Shown here piece by piece: positions 28,894 through 36,960 of a stretch of 41,858 nucleotides of DNA. A program made the position numbers and the translations under genes. Each line of letters starts with the position of its first letter. Position 1 is the first letter of the stretch. This stretch comes from a virus, in UHGV virus genome UHGV-0466892. One strand, written 5' to 3'. The notes beneath the pieces were generated by a model. It was given only the letters and a program-made list of their open reading frames with translations. It was not told the origin of the DNA and did not search any database.

Positions 28894-29261
28894 GCTGACG
28901 CTCCTTCTTGATATTTTTCGAACCAGAACACCACTGGGTCAGATTTCATTTCAACCAATCCCATACGAACCAGCGCTTTGCCTTTCCCGGACACAAGGAA
29001 TTCACGACGACCATCACCGATAATTCGCCGGTAATCTTCCAGGCTACTGCAATGCTTGTGCAGATTGCATGGGTGGCATGCTGGAACCATGTTTGATATA
29101 TCGTCACGTTCCTGGTGAAGCATATTTCCATCAAAACGAATGACCGGTTTTACATGGTCAGCATGCCCGCCTTTCTCTGGTAGTTCGCATCCACAATAAG
29201 CACAGCGACCGCCAAACTTCATGCGTAGCTCTGCGCGTTGCTTTTTGGTAATAGTTGTCAT
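28890..29261 (-). CDS. HNH endonuclease
   Basis: 123 aa; CAYCGC ... HADHVKP ... CHPCNLHKH is a classic HNH / zinc-finger nuclease motif. Confidence 0.85.
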   Translation of the reverse strand: MTTITKKQRAELRMKFGGRCAYCGCELPEKGGHADHVKPVIRFDGNMLHQERDDISNMVPACHPCNLHKHCSSLEDYRRIIGDGRREFLVSGKGKALVRMGLVEMKSDPVVFWFEKYQEGASA

Positions 29262-29464
29262 GGGTTAGTCCTCGAAATCTTGTGACCTGGCGCGAACGCT
29301 CGCGTTCTATCCTTGCTGATACGCCAGCCATGTGGCCGCGCCTCTTTAGCGCAGCCAGACCATGAATTTCCAATGTACTCGGCAAAATCTGGGCTTCCCC
29401 ATTGCTTACCGGTGCACTCATCGCAGTCGCAGTAGAGATTGACTATGTAGTTTGCAGCAATCAT
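29258..29464 (-). CDS. small Cys-containing protein (hypothetical)
   Basis: 68 aa with CDCDEC and a second Cys cluster. Confidence 0.35.
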   Translation of the reverse strand: MIAANYIVNLYCDCDECTGKQWGSPDFAEYIGNSWSGCAKEARPHGWRISKDRTRAFAPGHKISRTNP

Positions 29465-29465
29465 C

Positions 29466-29660
29466 TCAATCCCCCTTCACGCCAATGCCAGCAGTAAATC
29501 GCGACGGTGACCAATCGCAATATGTGTTCGACTCCGTGTGTCCAAAAATTGCTTTACAACGATGGATATGGTGGCAATTACCACATGTTATGCCAGCCGG
29601 TAATCGCATCTTGTCGGGATCGGCTGGGTCATAATTCAACGCCAGTTTTTCGGTTGTCAT
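29466..29660 (-). CDS. small Cys/His-rich protein (hypothetical zinc-binding)
   Basis: 64 aa; CGNCHHIHRC ... C. Confidence 0.35.
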   Translation of the reverse strand: MTTEKLALNYDPADPDKMRLPAGITCGNCHHIHRCKAIFGHTESNTYCDWSPSRFTAGIGVKGD

Positions 29661-29995
29661 GCTGGCATCCTCCCCACGATATCTATAACCCGACGCATAA
29701 CCGCACTTCCCCGAAAATCTGCTGGTAACTCAATCAGAGGCTTACTCGAACCGTATGAGAATCGTTGGAGATCGAAATCAATTACAGCCTTTGGGTCCCT
29801 GAACAAACCTAGACGACCGTAACGAATGAGTTCGCCGCGTTCGGCTGCTACGCGGAAATACTTCTCAGCAGTCTGACGATGCAGCGACAACATCTGTGAT
29901 GCCTCGCTAACGGTTAAGCGTCCACGGATTTTCACCTCTTCGATGATCACCCGGATAAGTGCCGCCTGCTCTTCTGGTGTATTTGGTCTTGGCAT
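29657..29995 (-). CDS. replication-associated protein (hypothetical, HTH-like), in the lambda P position
   Basis: 112-aa ORF immediately downstream of the O-like gene; function not recognisable. Confidence 0.4.
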   Translation of the reverse strand: MPRPNTPEEQAALIRVIIEEVKIRGRLTVSEASQMLSLHRQTAEKYFRVAAERGELIRYGRLGLFRDPKAVIDFDLQRFSYGSSKPLIELPADFRGSAVMRRVIDIVGRMPA

Positions 29996-29997
29996 GC

Positions 29998-30909
29998 TTA
30001 CCCCCTGAATCCGGGTGGGATTGTTTTGTCTGGCTCAGAAATGCGGTTCACATCCCTGCCCGTTTTGCGAGCGTTGAGAGCGAACTTCGGTTTAAACAGT
30101 CCCTGGTACCCGTTGGCGATACTGGTGTTGATCACATCAACGGGGTCATGCCCAGCGTCCAGGCAAGCCTTGAGCAACTTGAATGCTTTGGTGACCGTCA
30201 TTTCGGTCTTGATGGCTTTGCCAGACTGTTGGCGGTAGGCCACCCACTCACTCCAGGACACAGAATCAAGCCACTCAGGAACGGGAATCGTCAGCGGGTC
30301 AAACTTACCCTTCCCCTTTGGGGGATTAGAGGGGGTTAGATCTGTATTTATATTTGTATTTGGAAGAATGTCTTTGGTGTTCCCTGTTTTCAGGGATACC
30401 TCTCCCTGTTTTTGGGGATGGTTATCCCCGTTTTCAGGGATGATTGAAGGGGTAAAATTGCTATCCCTGAATTCAGGGATGGTAATAACCCATGTGACAA
30501 CTTCAGCAGCAGGAAACACCGCTGGACACTTCATGCAATTTGGCTTGGTATACGCCCATTTATCCAGGCTGGTATTAATCCCTATGTATCTGGTTTGCCC
30601 AATGCGGCGCAGGATGATGATGTTCCGATAGGCAAGGCTCAACACGGCTTCAGAGACGTGTTTCACCTTCAGCGTCGTTTTATCTGCAATGAGGCTATTG
30701 GCGATGCGGTCAGAACTCTTAGACCAGCCATAGGTCAGACGAACGATAGCATTCAGCACCCGGAACTCGCGCCCGGATAGTTCGACGATACACAGGGCAT
30801 CCTGAATCTGGTTGGCCAGGCGCAAATAGCCTTTCTCCAGTTCAGCCATGCTGCTCTCCTGTTTCCCCTGCTGTGTGGGGAATTTGAATATTTCAGCGGT
30901 ATTTGACAT
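29998..30909 (-). CDS. replication initiation protein O-like
   Basis: Start set at MSNTAEIFKF (ATG 30909 with GGAG); N-terminal region resembles lambda O (...YGWSKSSDRI...); ori iterons lie inside the gene. Confidence 0.8.
   Translation of the reverse strand: MSNTAEIFKFPTQQGKQESSMAELEKGYLRLANQIQDALCIVELSGREFRVLNAIVRLTYGWSKSSDRIANSLIADKTTLKVKHVSEAVLSLAYRNIIILRRIGQTRYIGINTSLDKWAYTKPNCMKCPAVFPAAEVVTWVITIPEFRDSNFTPSIIPENGDNHPQKQGEVSLKTGNTKDILPNTNINTDLTPSNPPKGKGKFDPLTIPVPEWLDSVSWSEWVAYRQQSGKAIKTEMTVTKAFKLLKACLDAGHDPVDVINTSIANGYQGLFKPKFALNARKTGRDVNRISEPDKTIPPGFRG
30341..30479. repeat. phage replication origin: four palindromic iterons TCCCTG-N4-CAGGGA plus adjacent AT-rich tract
   Basis: Iterons at 30381-30396, 30403-30418, 30425-30440 and 30464-30479 (the first three at 22-bp spacing); AT-rich tctgtatttatatttgtattt at 30341-30361; layout matches the lambda ori inside O. 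Confidence 0.75.
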
Positions 30910-30993
30910 ACTGTTCTCCGCAATTACGCACAGTTTTTGCACCTGAAAGCCGTTGGTGTTCGAGCACCGCGGCTTTCGCCATTTCTGAGCCCG

Positions 30994-31551
30994 TCATAGC
31001 GCACCACCCAGCATCGTTGTAACCATCGCCATAATGGGCGCCACAGAATCAGGTCCGTCCAGGTAGAGCTTGGCTACGATGCTCTCGCTGATTTCCTTCA
31101 TCCGTTCGTGTCTGGGGGCTTTGAGGACGACAGCCTGTATCGCCTCAGCGTCTTCTTTCACCGACCTGGCGACACGAACCGCAAAGCAGTCGTGCTTAAT
31201 CACGCGATCCCGGTACGCCAGCGGCAGAACCGAAATTATTACCGGCGCCAGCTGCTCGACGTTCGCCCGGTAGGCCGGTGATTTCTCGTGGTTGTCCAGC
31301 CAGCGAAACAGCTTCACGTTCCACACATCGGCGCTGCCGGTCATGTCAATGCTGTCAAGCTCGGCCTGTTCGGCAGCCTCTTTAATCGCCAGAGCGACCG
31401 CCACGCGGCCCTCTGCCGCCGCCCAGGCGCGGACGGCAGAACAGATAGCCCGGTGATCGACCGGCTGGCCTTCAGCCTCACTGTGTTGATACTGGAATTT
31501 CAGGTGCTCTGATGGCGCTCTGTTATTCTGTTGAAAAGAAAGTGTTTGCAT
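30994..31551 (-). CDS. YdaT-like protein (Rac prophage-type putative toxin/regulator), uncertain
   Basis: 185-aa ORF directly downstream of the Cro/YdaS-like gene, as ydaS-ydaT in Rac. Confidence 0.4.
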   Translation of the reverse strand: MQTLSFQQNNRAPSEHLKFQYQHSEAEGQPVDHRAICSAVRAWAAAEGRVAVALAIKEAAEQAELDSIDMTGSADVWNVKLFRWLDNHEKSPAYRANVEQLAPVIISVLPLAYRDRVIKHDCFAVRVARSVKEDAEAIQAVVLKAPRHERMKEISESIVAKLYLDGPDSVAPIMAMVTTMLGGAL

Positions 31552-31562
31552 TGTCAGTGCTC

Positions 31563-31781
31563 CTACTTTGGTAATCCGTCAGTGGGATTTGGATAGAGAT
31601 CAGGGCGCAGCTCGTGGGGGGTTACGCCTGTCATTTTGAAAATCGGGAAGATATAGCTTGGCGGGACGATCCCTTGGTCACGATTCTTCCAATGACTTAC
31701 AGACATACTCGTCACACCAAGCGCGATGCTGAGCTTTCTGGCAGAGCCAGCGGCTTTAATTGCTTTATCGAGTGCGGACAT
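31563..31781 (-). CDS. cro: Cro-like HTH regulator (YdaS family)
   Basis: 72 aa; KLSIALGVTSMSVSHWKNRDQGIVP ... ELRPDLYP matches the YdaS/Cro-like HTH pattern; AGGAG Shine-Dalgarno; divergent from the repressor. Confidence 0.7.
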   Translation of the reverse strand: MSALDKAIKAAGSARKLSIALGVTSMSVSHWKNRDQGIVPPSYIFPIFKMTGVTPHELRPDLYPNPTDGLPK

Positions 31782-31810
31782 GTGCTTCTCCTGCTTATTG
31801 ATAGCAGAAG

Positions 31811-31875
31811 TAAACCACAGATTTATACTTCATGCAAACTTTGGATTTATTGCGTGCATAAACCAAATATTTACA
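31811..31875. promoter_or_regulatory. OR-like operator cluster with divergent promoters
   Basis: Three related 15-17-bp sites: TAAACCACAGATTTATA (31811-31827), AAACTTTGGATTTATT (31836-31851), TAAACCAAATATTTACA (31859-31875), about 24 bp apart, between the cro and cI starts. Confidence 0.6.
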
Positions 31876-31883
31876 ATGACCAT

Positions 31884-32273
31884 ATGAGAAAAGAAGAACC
31901 CAACCTCGTTCTGGTGGAGCGCCTTACTGAGATCACTGATCGCGGCGTTACCAAAGCAGACATGGCAAGAATAGCTGGAGTCACCCCTCAGGCCGTAAAC
32001 GGCTGGTTCAAAAAAGGCGTGATTAGTAAGAAATCGGCACTGGCCATAGCCGACGCTGTTGGTATTTCTGTCGCCTGGCTACTCGGTGAAGACGTTGGGG
32101 AGAAAGACGGTCTCAAACCGGACGAACAGCGTTTGCTCGAGCTCTACCGCCAGTTACCGGAAGAAGAGCAGCAGAACATGCTCCGCATTTTTGCGCTTCG
32201 CCTGAAAGAGTTAGATGAGCTGTACGAGAAGTACATGAAGGGTCGGATTCGATCGCAAGGTGAGCAAACCTAA
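31884..32273 (+). CDS. cI: CI-like repressor (XRE-family HTH)
   Basis: Start set at ATG 31884 (MRKEEPNLVLVERL...); HTH segment GVTKADMARIAGVTPQAVNGWFKKG; divergent from cro across the operators. Confidence 0.7.
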   Translation: MRKEEPNLVLVERLTEITDRGVTKADMARIAGVTPQAVNGWFKKGVISKKSALAIADAVGISVAWLLGEDVGEKDGLKPDEQRLLELYRQLPEEEQQNMLRIFALRLKELDELYEKYMKGRIRSQGEQT

Positions 32274-32337
32274 ACCAGTAGTATCTAATTCCATGTAATA
32301 AAAATATTTCAAGATTTAATATCTTCTGGAGGATTCG

Positions 32338-32619
32338 GTGTCTAAAGAAACAACCGTCGAACTTATGCATCTTAATGATGTAATCGAAGCGAAAAATTTC
32401 ATCGAGACCAATGCTGACGGTGTCGTAACAATCGGCACACAAAATGCCGGTTACGAAGTTTACAATTTTGTGTTCCTGAATAGCAGCCCGATCATCGGTA
32501 CGGATAATGCGGATATAGTCGTCAAGGGCATGCAGCGAACCAAAGTTGTGTCTGTGACTTTAAGCAAACAAAAGGCTTATGATTTTTATCAATCCTTAAA
32601 AAGTATGTTTGAGGAATAA
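32338..32619 (+). CDS. hypothetical protein co-transcribed with cI
   Basis: 93 aa; GTG start with GGAGG Shine-Dalgarno; no recognisable motif. Confidence 0.5.
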   Translation: MSKETTVELMHLNDVIEAKNFIETNADGVVTIGTQNAGYEVYNFVFLNSSPIIGTDNADIVVKGMQRTKVVSVTLSKQKAYDFYQSLKSMFEE

Positions 32620-32622
32620 TAA

Positions 32623-33147
32623 TTGATGGATGCGGCTCAATCATCTCTTGGTGAAGGGAAGTTATTGATTGCATATTCAGACCATAGCGGAGCTACAGTA
32701 GGCTTAGAGTTTTCATCAGTAGCTTCGAGCCAAGCAACCTTCCTTATGGGTGCTTGTAGTTTTGCCGCTTCGGATAAACAAAAACGGATTGTCACATCAG
32801 TTGCTATGGATGATACTGAAATCATTCATACGTCAACTGAAGATGGAGGTGACGACATGGAAAAGAGATTGGCTATTCTTGAGGTTGAAGTTGCCCACAT
32901 CAAGAAAGATGTTGCCGAGATAAAAAACACAGTTTCAAAAGTTGATACGACAGTGAATTCACTGGACAAAAATATGGCTGTAGTTTTGGAGAGGCTGTCT
33001 AGTATCAAAGAGTCTGTAGACAAAAAGCCCTCATCAGACACAGTGGACAAGAAAATCTCTGATGCTAAATTGGCGATTCTCTTAGGTGTCCCTGCGATTA
33101 TCGCCATTGGTACAGGGCTGTACAAAGCTTTTATGCACTTCTTTTAG
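32623..33147 (+). CDS. tail-anchored coiled-coil membrane protein (XhlA-like C-terminal half)
   Basis: 174 aa; N-terminal ~75-aa domain, then coiled coil (MEKRLAILEVEVAHIKKDVAEIKNTVSKVDTTVNSLDKNM...), then C-terminal transmembrane helix LAILLGVPAIIAIGTGLYKAF. Confidence 0.5.
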   Translation: MMDAAQSSLGEGKLLIAYSDHSGATVGLEFSSVASSQATFLMGACSFAASDKQKRIVTSVAMDDTEIIHTSTEDGGDDMEKRLAILEVEVAHIKKDVAEIKNTVSKVDTTVNSLDKNMAVVLERLSSIKESVDKKPSSDTVDKKISDAKLAILLGVPAIIAIGTGLYKAFMHFF

Positions 33148-33220
33148 TCAGATTTGGTCAATACGCCTGAGTTATAAGGCTCTCAGCTACTAACTCTGTC
33201 GCCTTCCCCGAACCTTCTCA

Positions 33221-33246
33221 TCCCGACCACGCGTCGGGATTTTTTT
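33221..33246 (+). terminator. rho-independent terminator ending the cI operon
   Basis: cccgac cacgc gtcggg followed by a run of eight T. Confidence 0.8.
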
Positions 33247-33285
33247 TGCCTGCGATTCTGCAGACGTGTCACAAAACCCAGCCAC

Positions 33286-33349
33286 ATAAACCTCAGATTT
33301 ACAATTAACACTAACCTTAAGTTGACATGTATATAAACCAGTGATTTAA
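33286..33349 (+). promoter_or_regulatory. pL-like promoter with OL operators
   Basis: TTGACA (33321-33326), 17-bp spacer, TTTAAT (33344-33349); operator-like sites TAAACCTCAGATTTA (33286-33300) and TAAACCAGTGATTTA (33333-33347) share the OR consensus. Confidence 0.6.
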
Positions 33350-33602
33350 TCTAACTCACCAAGACGCACCACGAACCACCCAGGCATGGAGCCCACGAAG
33401 TAGCCGTCCGGGGCATACGAAAACCGGAATGAGGTGGTGATATTAACGCGCAGTAGGTTTGAAACGTTCCGCCAGCCTGGCGACAAGGGCAAACACAGAA
33501 GTGAGCTTCGCGGTGGTGAATTGCAGAGTTAAAACGCTCAACTGTGAAGATCAGCGTCACGGCACCACCAGCGAAGTTCACTCAGCAATAGTGGAGAACA
33601 TC

Positions 33603-33809
33603 ATGGTTCATCAGCACTACGGTACACAGACAGTAAACCGCGGCGCAGTTCAGCCGGGGATGCTTGTAAAACACAAAGACTCAACCTGGACCGCATCTGC
33701 TAACGCACGCGGTCGCCTGTATCTTCACCGTGGCATCGAACGTACCTACACCAAAGATTTGCTGGTTGAGGTTTATCTAAACGGTTTAGGACATGGCCTT
33801 AGCCATTAA
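33603..33809 (+). CDS. small early protein (hypothetical)
   Basis: ATG 33603 with GGAGA Shine-Dalgarno; 68 aa; first ORF after the pL leader. Confidence 0.4.
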   Translation: MVHQHYGTQTVNRGAVQPGMLVKHKDSTWTASANARGRLYLHRGIERTYTKDLLVEVYLNGLGHGLSH

Positions 33810-33820
33810 CGGAGTGAGTT

Positions 33821-33982
33821 ATGCAGGAGAAAAAATGCGCGTACTGCCGCAAGCCGATCAAGCAAGGGAAGGAAGTTAAAAACGAACTGCTCTTTATCCA
33901 CGGCACGCAGTTGAAACGCGAGCAACGTGATTACTGTTCAGTACGTTGCGCTTCGTTCGACCAGATGGCCCACGAAGCATAA
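33821..33982 (+). CDS. small zinc-ribbon protein (53 aa)
   Basis: Not in the ORF track (under 60 aa). ATG 33821 with GGAGTGAG Shine-Dalgarno; MQEKKCAYCRKPIKQGK...DYCSVRCASF contains CxxC ... CxxxC. Confidence 0.4.
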   Translation: MQEKKCAYCRKPIKQGKEVKNELLFIHGTQLKREQRDYCSVRCASFDQMAHEA

Positions 33983-34120
33983 CGAAAACCCCGCGCAAGG
34001 CGGGATTCACGTCCGGTGCCACCGACCAAAGTTACACCGGAATTTATACCAAACCAAAAAACATCCAATGGGCGCTATCTCTGGCCCGGGGATTCTAACA
34101 CTCAAAAAAGAGGATCTCAC

Positions 34121-36955
34121 ATGGAATTTTTCCATCTGATAAAAGCCAGTCAGAAGTCTGGCAAGAAAGATGCAGTGATTTGGTTCACTGCGAAAAGTGT
34201 AGCGCGCGCCAATCTCCAACTCGATGTGGCACTGGAAGAAGCCGGAATTGAAGAAACTGGCCGCGGTAAAGATTATGCCAAACCAATCCGCACCGATTTC
34301 CCGGTATATGACGACCTGCCGGAAGAAGGCGCAGTGGATTACACCTGGTGCAAACGCTACGAACTGCAGAACGATGACCGCACCTGGCTGCCAAAAGTCA
34401 CAGCTGAAAACTCTGACGAGAAAACGGCTCAGACCGTTGATAGTCACATAACTACTGAGTCAACGCTGCCAGAAACCGCTGGCATCACGCTGGACGAACA
34501 CGACGACGACTCAACCCTCTACCCGGTAGTGCAGATGCCGTTTCGTAAGCAACTGCTTTCCCAGTTCACCGCCGACGAACTGCGCCACCACGTAACCCGC
34601 GAAGAGTACGAAGCTATCGGCGCGCTGGAGATGGACACTGATAACAGTTACGTCCAGAACTTGCTGTTAGCTGCTGAGAACTGCCCGGAAGTGAAGGGTT
34701 ACGACACCAAAGACCTGTGGCGCTACACCGATGCCATTCGCAAAGTGTTCAGCCAGGACAAGCGTCACGAACTCGCGCTGGTACTCCGTTTCACCAGAAT
34801 GTGGGCGGCGACTGATTACATTGACCGTGGCATCCTGGCGCGTGAATGGGCTGCCGGTAATCACATCAGTAGTGTTCAGCGCACTGACGCAGGTACCAAT
34901 GCCGATGGTGGATATGTCACCGACCGCGGCGAAGGTGCGCATCACACGCTGGACACACTGGATCTGGAGATCGCCTGTGCCCTGCTGCCGATGGATTTCA
35001 ACCACCTTGAGATCCCGGGCAGCATTCACCGTCGCGCCAAAGAAATCGTGGCGAAAAAAGAAGAGCCCTGGAAATCATGGAGCGCCCTTCTGCGTAACCA
35101 GCCTGGCGTTCTGTCGGTAAACCGTGCGGCCATTTTCAACCTGGTACGGATCGCACCGGAAAACATTCATCGTACGCCGGCGGCCCATCTGGAGTTCGTT
35201 AACCAGACCATGACCGCTGAGTTTAACGCCGCAACTGAACTGATGCCCCTGCGCGCGTCCGCGGTTCAGACGCAAGTAGAGGTTGAGGAACCAACAGCTC
35301 AGCCGCAGGTCGCGAACCTCGGCGGTGGCATGTTCTCCATCAATGGCCTGTTGAGTGGAAATACTAACCCGGTCATCAATATTCCCTCAAATGAAGCAGA
35401 AAAACCGGAAACCGTAGTGGAGACCACCAGCGATGTGCAGATGGAAGCGACTCAGCCAGAGAAAGACAAAACTGTTGATACGGTACCACCAGGCGAAAGC
35501 GCTGATGCAACTGATCCGCAAACAGATACCCTGAACCCGGCTGAGGTGCTCTCCGCCGCGGCGCCGGAGCTGGCGAACGCCACTACGCAGGAATTGACCA
35601 CCGAAGCATCAGAGGAGAAAGCGAGCGCGCCGGAAGAGCAACCTTCACAACCGGTCCCGGAATACCCGGCGTACTTCGAACCGGGCCGCTATGAAGGCGT
35701 GCCGAATGACGTTTATCACGCGGCGAACGGGATCAGTTCCACCCAGGTGAAGGATGCCAGGGTCAGCCTGATGTACTTCAACGCGCGCCACGTCGCCAAA
35801 ACTATCCCGCGGGCCCCTTCCAAGGTGCTGGACATGGGTAATCTGGTTCACGCCCTGGCGCTGCAGCCTGAAAACCTTGAGGCAGAGTTCAGCGTGGAGC
35901 CGGAGATCCCGGAAGATGCTTTTACTACCACCGCCACCCTGCGCGAGTTCATCGATTCGCACAACGCCACCCTGCCGGCACTGCTGAGCACTGACGATAT
36001 CAAAGCGCTGCTTGAAGAGCACAACGCCACCCTGCCCGCGCAGCTGCCGCTGGGCGCCAGCCTGGAGGAAACGGCCCAGAGCTATATGGCTTTGCCGGCA
36101 GAGTACCAGCGCATCGAGCCAGACCAGAAGCAGACCGCAGCAGCTATGAAAGCCTGCATCAAAGAGTACAACGCCACCCTGCCCGCGCCGGTTAAAACCA
36201 GCGGCAGCCGCGATGCGCTGCTTGAACAGCTGGCAATCATCAACCCTGACCTGGTGGAGCAGGAAGCCCAGAAGCCGGCACCGCTTAAGGTGTCCGGCAG
36301 CAAAGCGGAAATGATCCAAGCGATTAAGTCGGTTAAACCCGATGCCGTATTCGCCGACGAGCTGCTGGACGCCTGGCGAGAAAATCCGGGCGACAAGATT
36401 CTGGTGACGCGCCAGCAGCTGGTGACCGCCCAGGCCATCCAGTCGGCCCTGCTGGCACACCCGACCGCAGGCATGCTGCTAACCCACCCGAGCCGCGCCG
36501 TTGAGGTGAGCTACTTTGGCTTTGACGAGGAGACGGGACTGGAAGTTCGTGTGCGCCCTGACCTTGAGATCGACCTAGACGGCGTGCGTATCGGTGCTGA
36601 CCTGAAAACCATCAGCATGTGGAATGTTAAGCAGGAAAGCCTGCGCGCCAGGCTACACCGGGAAATTATTGAACGTGATTATCACCTGAGCGCGGCTATG
36701 TACTGCGAAACCGCAGCGCTGGATCAGTTCTTCTGGATTTTCGTCAACAAAGACGAGAACTACCACTGGATCGCCATCATCGAGGCATCCGCTGAACTAC
36801 TGGAGCTGGGTATGCTCGAGTACCGCAAAGCGATGCGCAATATCGCAACCGGATTCGACACAGGTGAATGGCCAGCGCCAATCACTGCTGACTACACCGA
36901 CGAACTGAACGACTTCGACCTGCGCCGCCTTGAAGCGCTGCGTACTCAGGCATAA
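34121..36955 (+). CDS. RecE-like 5'-3' exonuclease (exodeoxyribonuclease VIII-like, C-terminal PD-(D/E)xK domain)
   Basis: Start set at ATG 34121 (AGAGGA Shine-Dalgarno); ~944 aa; acidic low-complexity middle with repeats; C-terminal VRPDLEIDLDGVRIGADLKT fits PD-(D/E)xK; immediately followed by an annealing-protein gene. Confidence 0.55.
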   Translation: MEFFHLIKASQKSGKKDAVIWFTAKSVARANLQLDVALEEAGIEETGRGKDYAKPIRTDFPVYDDLPEEGAVDYTWCKRYELQNDDRTWLPKVTAENSDEKTAQTVDSHITTESTLPETAGITLDEHDDDSTLYPVVQMPFRKQLLSQFTADELRHHVTREEYEAIGALEMDTDNSYVQNLLLAAENCPEVKGYDTKDLWRYTDAIRKVFSQDKRHELALVLRFTRMWAATDYIDRGILAREWAAGNHISSVQRTDAGTNADGGYVTDRGEGAHHTLDTLDLEIACALLPMDFNHLEIPGSIHRRAKEIVAKKEEPWKSWSALLRNQPGVLSVNRAAIFNLVRIAPENIHRTPAAHLEFVNQTMTAEFNAATELMPLRASAVQTQVEVEEPTAQPQVANLGGGMFSINGLLSGNTNPVINIPSNEAEKPETVVETTSDVQMEATQPEKDKTVDTVPPGESADATDPQTDTLNPAEVLSAAAPELANATTQELTTEASEEKASAPEEQPSQPVPEYPAYFEPGRYEGVPNDVYHAANGISSTQVKDARVSLMYFNARHVAKTIPRAPSKVLDMGNLVHALALQPENLEAEFSVEPEIPEDAFTTTATLREFIDSHNATLPALLSTDDIKALLEEHNATLPAQLPLGASLEETAQSYMALPAEYQRIEPDQKQTAAAMKACIKEYNATLPAPVKTSGSRDALLEQLAIINPDLVEQEAQKPAPLKVSGSKAEMIQAIKSVKPDAVFADELLDAWRENPGDKILVTRQQLVTAQAIQSALLAHPTAGMLLTHPSRAVEVSYFGFDEETGLEVRVRPDLEIDLDGVRIGADLKTISMWNVKQESLRARLHREIIERDYHLSAAMYCETAALDQFFWIFVNKDENYHWIAIIEASAELLELGMLEYRKAMRNIATGFDTGEWPAPITADYTDELNDFDLRRLEALRTQA

Positions 36956-36960
36956 GGGGA

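Noticed and set aside
31614-31883. N-terminal 90 codons of the track ORF 31614..32273
   Set aside because: Would run antisense through the whole cro gene and operator region; the repressor most plausibly starts at ATG 31884.
33351-33581. 76-aa minus-strand ORF in the pL leader
   Set aside because: Opposes the strong plus-strand promoter, has no ribosome-binding site and the translation is Cys/Arg-rich; treated as non-coding leader.
34007-34447. 146-aa minus-strand ORF overlapping the RecE-like start
   Set aside because: Antisense to the RecE-like gene and intergenic region; no signals; Cys/Phe/Arg-rich.
35645-36460. 271-aa and 130-aa minus-strand ORFs inside the RecE-like gene
   Set aside because: Antisense, Gln/Arg/Leu-rich low complexity; the plus-strand ORF is continuous for more than 900 codons with a recognisable nuclease motif.
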